Origin: Marsupella aquatica
Taxonomy: Eukaryota > Plantae > Marchantiophyta
Assembly: GCA_973895155.1 (NCBI GenBank)
Contig: OZ316897.1
Location: 20,860,260 to 20,924,259 of the forward strand
Length of the DNA stretch: 64,000 bases
Reading direction: 5' to 3'
In this document: positions 23,298 through 34,045 of the stretch, piece by piece
How the letters are laid out: every line of letters begins with the position of its first letter
How positions within the stretch are numbered: the stretch's first letter is position 1
Notes under the pieces: generated by a model
Database searches by the model: none
Seen by the model: the letters and a program-made list of their open reading frames with translations, nothing else
Told to the model about the DNA's origin: nothing
Made by a program: the position numbers and the translations under genes

Positions 23298-23539
23298 GGG
23301 GTCTGTGTTTGTGGATATATAGCTACACGGATATATAGTTAGATTTGATGATATGAAGATTTCTCTTCTCGGTAGAATGGAGAAATATGTGCTTCTCAAT
23401 TATCAATAAACTTATATTTTGTAAGTATATCATTTTCAAATGTTGTTTTCTATATCTCCCATCCCTACCCCACACTCACCACACCTTTTGGTAGACTTTA
23501 TGCAAAGAAAACTCATGTTGCTTGTAGTCCTCTATCCTC

Positions 23540-24090
23540 CATGCTTTCCTAATCCCCCCTAGCTGTTCTCCTTATTACTTGTACCCACCTCCCTCCTCCT
23601 TTCTTTCATTGTCTGTCCCTCTTATTAAACCCTCCTTCCTCCTTCCTCTCCTTGTCCCAACCCCTGGCTTTCTATTTCAACCCTATACTTTCCTTACTTT
23701 CCACCCCTGTCCCCCACTCTTACCTATACAACCTAGCTTCTCTCCTCCCTCCTAAACCTATACCCTTAAACCTCCCTCATTTCCTTGTCCCTCTCTAAAC
23801 CAATACCCTCCCTCCTTTCCTTGTCCCTCTCTAAACCCTAAACTCCCTCCTTTTTATTTTCACTCCCTAAAATCCAAACCCTCCCTAAAACTATATCTAC
23901 ATACCCTTCCTCCTCCCTCATTTCCTTGTGCCCCCTAAACCTGTATCCTCCCTCTTGGATCCCTCCGTTCCTTGTCCCTCCTAGCCCCATTCCCTTCCTC
24001 CTCCTTTTCATTGTCCCTCCCTAAAAATTACATGTATCCACCCTCCTTTACCCTCCCTCCCCAATCCCATTCCTTTTCCACCTCTTTGAA
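23540..24090. repeat. C/T-rich low-complexity tract with CCCTAAA-like motifs inside the CACTA element
   Basis: Repeated CTCCCT, TTCCTTGTCCCT and AAACCCT. Confidence 0.7.
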
Positions 24091-24109
24091 GCGCTCATAA
24101 TATTTTGTG

Positions 24110-24640
24110 AAACATCTTGCGAAACCCCTACACCCGCAAACTCATCGCTACATTTGCGATACTTAACTGCTCCCTAATTGCCATCATCCCCTCATCGCAA
24201 ACTTCCGAAGATACCACCATCTCAAAGTTGCGAAACCAAAACATTCACAAAATGAGACCCTAGACAGGCACAAGATTTGCGAGCCTATTACTATCGCAAG
24301 TTAGCCATATATTCCACAAACATTGCTCATTTGCGAGACAATCAGACTCGCAAAATATTTTGAGATGCTTAAATATTCGCAACCATTTAGTTTTCCGGTG
24401 CATCTCAATGAATTTGCGAAGCGGTAAAGATCGCTAACGTGTTCAATGGTAATTGCTTCGGAAATGTTTTGCGATACCTGAAGTGTCGTAAAATGTTGCG
24501 ATGGTCTAAGTTTCGCAATTATGTGTTGCGATGTGTGTAGATTCGCTAAGTGCGATGCGTATCGTATCGCAAGTTTAGCGATGAGATTAATCTTGCAAAG
24601 CTTTCTTCCTCTTGTAAAACGCCTTCGCAAAATTGGCAAA
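24110..24640. repeat. CACTA right subterminal repeats (TTGCGA/TCGCAA)
   Basis: Same motif as the left end. Confidence 0.9.
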
Positions 24641-24655
24641 TATGTAGTAGTGAAT

Positions 24656-26312
24656 AGTACACCTAAGTTACACGGGTATATTTTGGGTTTGCAACATCTC
24701 GACTTAAGATGAAAAATAAGACCATAAATCGGGTACCTATGCTTGTAGCGGGTTGCCGATTCATAAAGAAACGAGGAACGAGAGGAGGAGGCAACAACTC
24801 TAAGGCAAGAAAGCAACAATGGACGGAGTGCACGGGGCACCAGTTGGATTTCCAAATCACGTTGAATTTCAGTTTCGGGTTATGGAGAAAGTTCATTTTC
24901 GGCAATTCATCGTGCATCACTTTGGTGTGCGATTCCTTCGGGAGGTTGAAGAATCCGCTCAACCTTTGTTCTTACCCACGCTTACATATACACATAAGTG
25001 GGTTATATGTTTTTATATTTTAACATAATAGCTAGTTTGGTGATTCATCATGCCTAGTTACAAAATTTAGACATCCTATGATGGGTTAGAGTGACGACAA
25101 AGCACTTCTAAATAAAGTATTGTGGGCTATATGAATAATTATCATAAACTAGAGTATAGGTCTACTAGGTGGCTTTACTTTTCCACTAGATTTGTGACAT
25201 AGCAAAATATATAGGGATACGTGGCATACATGTGTAAAAAGGCCTTGCATGGTTGCATGTCCATTTAGAATCAAACACATGGCCAATTAGGTGTCGAAAG
25301 GAGGATACGCATGGAAACATGCCCAATAGCATCCAAACACCTTGTTGTTTACATGTTCAAATATTATTGGACCATGTGTACCAAAGGGTGAGTCATTACC
25401 CCTCCAAAGCACTATAAATAAGGGGCCTGCCCCTTGGGGGTGGCATGGTGAGTTTCTTTGTTATTCCAAACTTATATGCAAGAATAGTGTGGGGAGTATA
25501 AGAATTCATAGAATGTGCTTGGAAGCTAGGGATGTGACATTGTTAGAAAGTTATTAAATAGTAAAGGTTGTACTATATAGGAAATCATTATGATATATTT
25601 TTCTTAGGGAAATAGTATTCTAACTTTGATCACCTTGATGAGCACACCAAGTTTGCTTTTGGAATCACTTGATTTTGGTATAATACTAGAAAGTTATGAT
25701 GACTTGAAGGTTTAGATTATGCTCAAATAGAACCATATTTTTCTGAGTTTAAATATTGCTTATAATATTTTCCTAGAATAAGATGCATATTTAATTTTTT
25801 TTCCTGGAAATAGATAAGAAGCTATGTTATGCCTAGGAAAAATTTTTGAGGGTATATCTATCTTTAAGTGAGATATATAGTATGGTGACGGTGACAGGGT
25901 CTTCGTAGCCTGCAATCTAGATAGGTCCACCATTTTTCTTTGTACCTGTTGATGGAGATAGAGTTTTGACTCGAACCTTTGAGGGATGATAGGATAGTAA
26001 ATACTTGGCTTGTTTGATATGGTACAAATAAAATTGACAACCGTAGGTAAATTTCCTATGTTCAAGAAGCTTGTACCGTGATTCTGAATTACAAAATGGA
26101 CCTCAATAGAGTTCCTAGGCCTAATTTTAGTATAGATTGTAATGTTCGGGTGATATGTCGCCAAAAAACTGAGTTTCGAGCCTTCATCATCAGAAACTTT
26201 GGGGAGTCGGCATATACCATGATCATTTCATCCCCGATTCCATTCGTTGTTCCCATGACAATTGAACGATTTCAGGTAATGATCGTAGTGTTTTATTAGC
26301 ACGTCGTAGCGC
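24656..26312 (+). repeat. Main body of the gypsy C 3' LTR
   Basis: Lies between two TSD-bounded insertions. CTATAAATA TATA box near 25412. Confidence 0.75.
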
Positions 26313-28030
26313 TGTCGTATAGCCAAAAGAACAAAAAGGAACACTTTTTACATAAAGACTCGGAATACGATCCCTTTAAGAACAGATTTGGAAAGAATTG
26401 AATGAATTTATCTCTCTGAGTAATCTAAAGCTCTCAGCACATAGATTTCTTGTTTCTCACTAAAAGATCAAATAAACAAAACACCAAAGTAAATAAATTT
26501 CTGTCTTATGAGTCAAGAGAGAGTCAATTATGGTCTGAAAACTCTGATTAGCTATTGCCACTCCTTCAAAAAGGACTATGGTCTTAGAATAGACATAAAA
26601 CAAGTCGCATAACTCACTAATTTCTCTCTTGACTAAATAAAATTGCATGATAAGGAATTTCCAATTTGCTAAACAAGTATTGCTCTGGTTACAAATGTAA
26701 TGATATGACTTAAGATGCCGGCAACATAGTTTGACATCAGCGATACCCAATTCCGTCAAACACTAAATCATATTCCATAAACAAAGTAACGGTACTGAAT
26801 ACTCTGAGAACCAAACTTTACTTCTCACATATCAAACAACAACTCTTGAATTAGCTAGCGAATCTTGACCCTTCAAGCAAGCCTAGCAGTGAATTCAATG
26901 TAAGTCACAGAAGTTTGTAACTGAATTCAAGTATCAAGAAATTTCTTGAATTCATAAATTCAAACATAAGTTTTACTTCCATACAAGACTTTTCTTGTTA
27001 AAATGGAAGGAGGGAAACTAACAGAAGTCTGATTGGAATTGTCCCCCCTTGGTTCCGAATGGAAAAAACATGAGGTTTTATAAGTAAAGGTTCCCTTAAC
27101 TGAAAAGGCATGACTTTTCAAACCTCATATATCTAAAAGACAATCCTAAAAGAAATAAAGAAATGCATTGGAGACTTAGTGGACGCTTTGTAGAGCGTCG
27201 GTGCTTTCCGGTAAAACTAATAAACAGTGGTGTTAATCTAATTTTAACTTCTAAACTAAAAGTCGGAATGAGCTGAGACTTTTCTAGAGTACTCTACTAC
27301 ATATAATCTCTATGCTGGTAAAGTTTCAGACTTCTATGAGGTCTCTAAGTGCCTCAAATAAATCGGTGAAAGTGGCACGGTGTTATAAAAGTGCGGAAAT
27401 CAGAAATATTTCTAAGTGTCGGGAAGATAGTGGACGCTTCAGAAAGCGTCCAAACCCACAAAGGACTTTTGTGGACGCTTTAGAAAGCGTCGGCTGAATT
27501 TTGAGGTTTGGTCGCGGCGTCCGTCTTCCGGCCTTCAGGTGGGACGCTTCAGAAAGCGGCGAAGTCTGTCTTGGCGGACGCTTCAGAAAGCGTCGATTCT
27601 GCTTTGTCTTCGAACACGGTCGGACGCTTCACAAGGCGTCACTTCTCATGTGGACGCTTCAGAAAGCGTCTCATCGGACTTTGGGGTTAGCGGACGCTTT
27701 AGAAAGCGTCTTAAAGCGTCCGGTGTCTGGTTCGAATAGACGTTTCACGAAGCATCTTCTGTTCCGTGGTATCGGTGAAGGACGGCTCAAAAAGCGTCGT
27801 GGTTAAGGGGGTCGCATCTGGTTGGCAGCACACATGGACGCCTCAGCTGTCTTGAGGTTTATTGGCTTTGTAACTGGGGACGCTTCAGAAAGCGTCCTTA
27901 GTTAGACTAAGTGAGTTAACCGCCAAATGGAAAGTAGACGCTTCAGAAAGCGTCGTTTTTGCTCAAAAAGTTTGAAACGATTCAGATTTTTCTCTTATGG
28001 TCGTGTTTCAGCAAAAGTCTCCTTTCCACA
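26313..28030 (-). repeat. 3' LTR of gypsy A (1,718 bp)
   Basis: Matches 38423-40141 with roughly ten differences counted by eye. Confidence 0.97.
27181..27955. repeat. About 12 copies of the palindrome GACGCTT-N4-AAGCGTC in U3 (also 39292-40066 and 30755-30920)
   Basis: GGACGCTTCAGAAAGCGTC and variants at irregular spacing, upstream of a minus-strand TATA near 27080. Confidence 0.92.
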
Positions 28031-28046
28031 TAGCCCTCCACTCAAA
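28031..28046 (-). promoter_or_regulatory. 3' polypurine tract (PPT2) of gypsy A
   Basis: TTTGAGTGGAGGGCTA directly before the LTR-start TGTGG on minus. Confidence 0.9.
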
Positions 28047-28131
28047 ATTTGTTGTGTACGCACAAGAAGTGAAATAATATATTTGATCAGGCACTTCTGA
28101 AGTGGCTCTTTAATGATGTGGAGTTGTAAAA

Positions 28132-30558
28132 TTACATTGGAGGCCAAGGGTCGAGTAGAGGCAATCGAGCAAGTCCTCTGATAGCGTGGGAGCCTTGAGT
28201 GCGAGAAGAGGAATGTAGTTGGAGTCTCTGTAGCTGTTCTCTGAGTTTAAGCAGATCCTTCTCATACTTATACTGAATTGCATATCCGTCATGAGCAACC
28301 CAGACATAGTAACGATAAGGCCATGGATGTTCTGGAGGTATAGGAGGAAAAGGACAAAGGGTTCTTCGAAGGGTATACACCCAACACCATATTTCATACT
28401 CAAAGAATTTATGTCTCCTGTCCTTATCTATAGGTGGAACAACTTTAGGAAATTTATACGTAGGAATCAAAGTACGAATGCCTGGAGGACATAATCCTGG
28501 CAAAACCTGTTGTTGCTGTCTGATACTCTCTACTTCCAAATGCCTGAAAGCCATATGGTAGTCTCTCTTGGTCCAAGAATTAATAGAAGTAAGATTGGGG
28601 ATAGGAATAGGAGGTGGTAACTCAACCGATCTCCCTAATTTTGGTGGAATTCGAATAATTCGAGGATCTGCCTCATCCTCACTGCCATCACTTGGCGCAC
28701 CTATCCATCGAAAAATAACCCCTGGAGTATTGGAAGGAATCACAGATTCCTTAGCAGGAGGACAAGGTGAAGTCTCAGGAGACAAAGGTGCAATAGTAGG
28801 CTGTACTAGCTCTGGAATTGCCCTATCTCCTCGACCTGCACTGGGTGGTTTGTTTTCTAGCCGTAACTCCTCTGAGTAGGCAGCTACCTGCTCCGAATCG
28901 TTATATGGTTCTTGCTCATACTGCTCTTGTACCTCAATCTGAGCCTCCACAAAATCTGTAGCAGCATGTAATTCCACCGAATCTCGAGCTTTCTGTAACC
29001 TTTTCCATGGTCGACGCCTATAAGTAACTGGATACTCATCTCGGGCTCGAGGTGGAGAAGCTGTAAGTGGCGCGTCCAGAGAAGCATATCTCTCAAAATC
29101 ATTTGGAGCTGATATGTGTTGAGGTGATGCCCCAGGATTCTGTTCCGAACTATCATAGCCCATTGGTATTGTGGGTAACCGGGAGATTTGACTTAATCTC
29201 TCAGCTAAGTCTTCCGAAATGTCCAATGGTACCGCCACCATACTACTACCTTCCTGCTGACTTGAATCATCTCGTTCAGATCTTCGCAAAAAGGAGACAT
29301 CCTCCTCATCATCAATCTCTACAATTGCATTCTCACCATCATTTCTTGAAACATCAAAACCTGGTATTCCTAAAGGTTGAATGTCTTGGGGAAAACCAAG
29401 GACATCCTGTAAGGGTGGCTGTGGACTCCCATTGGAGTATTCATCCGATTGGTAATCCTGTAATGAAGCCAAAGCGTCCGGTCCTTCTGCAGCTAGAGAT
29501 GGGGATAAACTTGGTAACTCATTCAAAACTACATTTTCTGCAAAAGAAGGTAAAACTGAACCTTCACCTGGTGATTCCGCAGCTGTCTCTAGTTCCTGAA
29601 TAGCTTCTTCCGGGTTACGCAGAGGGATGGGACTCCCACATTGTGAACTGAGCTGGGCCTCGTGCATCAATTCGGCTTCAATATCATGTGAAAGTCGGTC
29701 AGCTAGCTCCTCGTCAATTGTAGGAGTGTCCTCCTCTGGAATTTGAGTGGCCTGCTCATGTGCTTCAACCAAATTTCGGACATTTGGTAACAACTCAGCC
29801 TCTTCGTAGTCTAATAAAGTACACAATGCAATCAGAGTATCCTGAGGATTGTTGAGTGGCTCATCCGATCGACAACTCACGTCCATTCGCACCTTAGTCC
29901 TCAAATTTCGATAAATCCTTTTCTCTGTCGGTAACAGGCATCGCTTCTTGTAATAAATATGCGCGAAGTAGGGTGTCATTTGCACCTTCCTCAGCTTCCT
30001 TGCTCTGACTCGACTTCGAAAATTCTTCACCTACGCATGGATCACTCTATGTAGGATTTGAGTCCAATTGATGGTCTTCCTCTGTTCCACAGAAAAAATC
30101 ACAGTGGCCGCAAACGACAAGGTAATACGCGTTTGACTCTCAGGATGAAAAATAGGGGAGAGGAACCGAAATAAATGCTGCAATCGCGCTTCTATGCAAT
30201 CTGCCGCCACCCAGCCATTCCGCCTCTTGAATGTTCCCGGATAAAACAGAGATTCAACGTAAGCCCTAGGTTCGCCTTCTACTTTTTGTAATCCTTCGCC
30301 TACGCTTGGAGTCAAATAAACTGATGAGATGAGCTCCTCATTCCAATTGCTTGGCCTCGCGCGTATCTCCGGTCCTTCCTCTCCGTCCCATTCGCCCCGA
30401 TCGATCAAGCTGAATTCACAAATACTCCAAGGAAACTTTAGGAGATTCTTCAAGCCCATAGTCGTCAAATCCTCTCGTAGTCGCCTTCGATCATCTATTC
30501 CTAATGGAATCACAACAACTATCGGATGCGCAGTGACTTCTAGTTCCGATTCCGCCAT
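28132..30558 (-). pseudogene. Gypsy A 3' extra ORF (~808 codons; putative PMD-like N-terminal domain plus acidic disordered region), one in-frame TAG at 30031-30033
   Basis: ORFs 30031..30558 and 28132..30030 are contiguous in frame. GLKNLLKFPW, RNGW..DC, FLSPIFHPE..TRIT, INW, TPYFAHIY align with 43623+. Confidence 0.8.
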
Positions 30559-31020
30559 CGCTCAGTCAGCAATCTCTTATGGCGCAGCTCCACTCTTCCC
30601 TCAATCAGGGTCGCCACCTCCTCTATATCAATCATCGGTAATGAGCGCTACTAAACTTGGTTTCAAAAACCACTCGTCGTTTCTCTTCTTCGACCCATTA
30701 GACGTCACAATCCCTCGCCGTACTTGAGATCATTCCAAAATTTCAACTTGTGCTGGACGCTTCAGAAAGCGGCCCAAATCCGGACGGAAATCCTGAGTCA
30801 GCAAGTTGACGCCTCCGAAGTGCATCTCCTGGACGCTTCAGAAAGCGTCGTCTACTGGTCGTCCCATCGGTCCCGCTTCGCGAAATCAGTCCACAATGCT
30901 GGACGCTTCAGAAAGCGTCTCAAAATTTTTTTTAAAAAAATTTCCAAACATAATCTTTTAATCTACTATTCTAAGCCCTTCCATACTAGTATTTCTTACA
31001 GATATAAAATATACCTATCC

Positions 31021-31036
31021 CAGCCCTCCACTCAAA
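31021..31036 (-). promoter_or_regulatory. Internal polypurine tract (PPT1) immediately after the pol stop
   Basis: TTTGAGTGGAGGGCTG, 15/16 identical to PPT2. Confidence 0.85.
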
Positions 31037-34000
31037 CTACGACATGTCCTCATGCGCGGAATAGAAGTGATAGGGCTTTAATCTAAAGCCATTAATTCTA
31101 GTGTCTAAGGGGGATCCATCTAAAGTGGTTAAGGATACAGAACCATTAGGCCATATGTTCTCAATTCGATAAGGGCCGATCCAATGGGTATGTAATTTAC
31201 CCGGAAAAAGCATGTAGCGGGAATCAAAAACTAACACTAAATCATTATTAGCTAGCTTAACCTGTTTAAGCTTTTTATCATAAGAGTGTTTCCGGTTTGC
31301 TTGGACTACAGCAGTATGTTCTAAGGCTAAAAGTCTATTTTCTTCTAATTTCATAATATCAACAAACCGACTCTCGATACTTGCTTCAGGGGTGAATCTC
31401 TCAGGAATAAGTAAGCGCTCAGTAGGAATGGAAAACTCAATAGGGATAATACTATCAACCCCATAAGTTAAATAAAATGGGGTTCTAAGGGTGGTAATCT
31501 TTTCAGCAGTACGGTAAGCCCAAAGCGCAGAGTGCAATTTTACATCCCAGTCAGTCTTGTGAGATTCCACCATCTTATTCAGAATCTTGCCCATAATGCC
31601 ATTAGCTCTCTCCGTTAAGCCATTAGCTCGGGGGTTGTAAGGAGTAGTTTTGCGATGCTTGATAAGATATATGTCAGTAATTAACTCAATAGTTGAGTTA
31701 AGAAAATGTAGACCCCTATCGCTGACCAACTCCAAAGGACACCCGAACCGAGTAATAATATGCTCAAAGAGAAAAGCAGCCACTGTTGTAGCATCATTCT
31801 TGCGAGTGGCTTTAGCCTCCACCCATTTGGTGGCATAATCAGTGGCCAGAATAATGTATTTGCTACGACTTTTCCTAGCGGCTGGTGAAATTGGGCCTAC
31901 AAAATCAATACCCCATTTCTCAAAGGGGGCCAAAGGAAGGATGGGAGTGAGTGGCCATTTAGAAGATGCAGTGGGTTTGCCTACTCGTTGGCATGGATCA
32001 CAGGTTTTAATAAAATTGTAGGTGTCCTTGTGCATTGTGGGCCACCAATATCCGGCATCTTGAATTTTCTTAACAGTGGTGGTAACTGCATAGTGTCCGC
32101 CTGTCTCACCAGAATGTAAGGCTGCAATTACCTGTGGAATTTCTCTCATCTCAAGGCAACGCCGTAACCTTTGATCAGGGCCTTGCTTAAATAAGGTGCC
32201 TTTGATAATTGTATAAGGACCTACCTTATGTGCAAAAACAGCCCTCTCCTCTGCATTAAGTCCTTCTGGAAAGACCCCATACAGCAACATCTTCACAATA
32301 TCAAAATATTTTGAGGACTCGCCTTCAATGTGCCAAAGGTGCTCATCCGGAAAGTCGTGAGACAGGTTGTGGTCATTCTCTGTACCTGGAAGTCTAGACA
32401 AGAAGTCGGCATTCTCATGGTGTTTCCCTGGACGGACTTGCACCTCGTAATCAAATTCCTGAAGCAGGAGGACCCATCTAGCCACCCTCCCCGACAGGTC
32501 AACTTGATTAACCAGGTATTTCAAAGAATGATGGTCCGTGTGAAAGATGATCTGATATCCGAGAAGATAATGATGAAACTTTTTGCAGGCAAAAACAATG
32601 GCTAAGGCTTCTCTTTCGGTAACTGTATAGTTTTTCTCAGCAGCACTCATCTGCCTACTGGCATAATAAATGGGATGATCCCTATTGTCGTCATCCTTTT
32701 GACTCAAGTTAGCTCCGATGCAGAAGGCAGATGAGTCAATGAAAACATGAAACTTCCTACTCCAATCTGGTGGGGAGAGAATGGGCGCAGTCACAAGGCG
32801 GTCCTTTAGTGTTTGAAAAGCTTGCTGTCTTTCTTCATTCCAAACATAAGGTTCATTTTGTTTGAGCAATTTGGTCAGAGGCATAGCAATATCAGCATGT
32901 TTATGAATGAATCTGCGATAATACCCGACATGCCCTAAGAAGGCACGGAGTTGCTTCAAATCCGTCGGAGGTTGAAGTTCCACGATCACCCGGACCTTTT
33001 CTTTGTCCACCTCTATGCCACGCTGAGAAATGACATGGCCGAGCAAGATACCTTCCTGCATTCCGATGAAGCACTTCTCGGGGTGTAAGCACAATTGAGC
33101 TTCCCGACACTTCTGGAAAGTCTTATCGAGGTGCATTAAATGGTCAGCCGCCGATCCATACACACAGAAATCATCGATGAAGATCTCCATGAAGTGCCGA
33201 AGGTACTCCTGAAAAATAATCATCATGATACGCTGAAAAGTGCCTGGGGCATTACACAACCCAAATGGCATCATTGCATACGCATATGTACCCCAATCTG
33301 TTGTGAACGTGGTCTTGTCCCGATCCTCCTTTCGAATGGAAACCTGGTTGTACCCAAAGTATCCGTCCAGAAAAGTATACAACTCATGCAATGCGACCTG
33401 ATCAAGCACTAGATCTATGAAGGGTAAGGGATAATGGTCCTTCCTGGTGGCTGCATTCAATTTCCGATAGTCCTGACACACGCGGATTTTTGTCTTTCCA
33501 TCAGGTCCCGCCTTCTTGGGTACAATGACAATGGGGGATACCCATTCACTACTCAAGACGGGGTAGATGAAACCAGCAGCAGTCAACTTATCCAGCTCCT
33601 CCTTCACAAGGACAGAGTACTTGGGGTTCAAACGGTACTGCCTTTGACGGACTGGCACTGCCCCTTCCATCAAGTCTATCCGATGCTCTCCCAGATGAGG
33701 GTGGATGCCCTTCAAATCTGAATGACTCCATGCAAAAACATCCTTGTACTGGGTCAACAACTTAATGTACAAGTCCCGCAACTCACCCTGGATATGCTTT
33801 CCTATATTAAGGAACTTGCCAGGTTCAATCTCAACTTTTTGACAAGCCTTAGGGTCCACTATACCATCCGTTAGGCCTGCTGGCCTAAGCTCCAAATCAC
33901 CAACATCAGACTCACTGATTTCCGGAGAGGGAGGGTGTTTTCCATTATCGGAGGATACGCCATGCATTTGCTGATCTGAGAATTGTTTCCCTGTATCATG

Positions 34001-34045
34001 GCCGACTCCTTGTAAGTTTGCTTTCTCCCCTTCCGGTGGAAATTG
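31037..34045 (-). CDS. pol: Gypsy A pol: RT, RNase H, integrase (uninterrupted)
   Basis: WVSPIVIVPKK, DYRKLN, MPFGLCNAP, FIDDF; DSS..EREALA..TDH..NADFLSR; H..GGH..CDPC, WGIDF, SDRG, NGLTER, GPY. Confidence 0.95.
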   Translation of the reverse strand, partial: QFPPEGEKANLQGVGHDTGKQFSDQQMHGVSSDNGKHPPSPEISESDVGDLELRPAGLTDGIVDPKACQKVEIEPGKFLNIGKHIQGELRDLYIKLLTQYKDVFAWSHSDLKGIHPHLGEHRIDLMEGAVPVRQRQYRLNPKYSVLVKEELDKLTAAGFIYPVLSSEWVSPIVIVPKKAGPDGKTKIRVCQDYRKLNAATRKDHYPLPFIDLVLDQVALHELYTFLDGYFGYNQVSIRKEDRDKTTFTTDWGTYAYAMMPFGLCNAPGTFQRIMMIIFQEYLRHFMEIFIDDFCVYGSAADHLMHLDKTFQKCREAQLCLHPEKCFIGMQEGILLGHVISQRGIEVDKEKVRVIVELQPPTDLKQLRAFLGHVGYYRRFIHKHADIAMPLTKLLKQNEPYVWNEERQQAFQTLKDRLVTAPILSPPDWSRKFHVFIDSSAFCIGANLSQKDDDNRDHPIYYASRQMSAAEKNYTVTEREALAIVFACKKFHHYLLGYQIIFHTDHHSLKYLVNQVDLSGRVARWVLLLQEFDYEVQVRPGKHHENADFLSRLPGTENDHNLSHDFPDEHLWHIEGESSKYFDIVKMLLYGVFPEGLNAEERAVFAHKVGPYTIIKGTLFKQGPDQRLRRCLEMREIPQVIAALHSGETGGHYAVTTTVKKIQDAGYWWPTMHKDTYNFIKTCDPCQRVGKPTASSKWPLTPILPLAPFEKWGIDFVGPISPAARKSRSKYIILATDYATKWVEAKATRKNDATTVAAFLFEHIITRFGCPLELVSDRGLHFLNSTIELITDIYLIKHRKTTPYNPRANGLTERANGIMGKILNKMVESHKTDWDVKLHSALWAYRTAEKITTLRTPFYLTYGVDSIIPIEFSIPTERLLIPERFTPEASIESRFVDIMKLEENRLLALEHTAVVQANRKHSYDKKLKQVKLANNDLVLVFDSRYMLFPGKLHTHWIGPYRIENIWPNGSVSLTTLDGSPLDTRINGFRLKPYHFYSAHEDMS

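Larger units (their letters stand above)
13792..24652. mobile_element. Complete CACTA (En/Spm) DNA transposon, 10,861 bp
   Basis: CACTACAACA...TGTAGTAGTG termini, 3-bp TSD AAT (13789-13791, 24653-24655), TTGCGA/TCGCAA subterminal repeats and Tnp2-type transposase. Confidence 0.96.

Noticed and set aside
27430-27955. CRISPR-like array of palindromic repeats with unique spacers
   Set aside because: Repeats are 18-19 bp, degenerate and irregularly spaced, duplicated in both LTRs, with no cas genes; eukaryotic TE context.
28132-30558. env gene
   Set aside because: The position is env-like, but I see no signal peptide or transmembrane segment; the protein is acidic and disordered.
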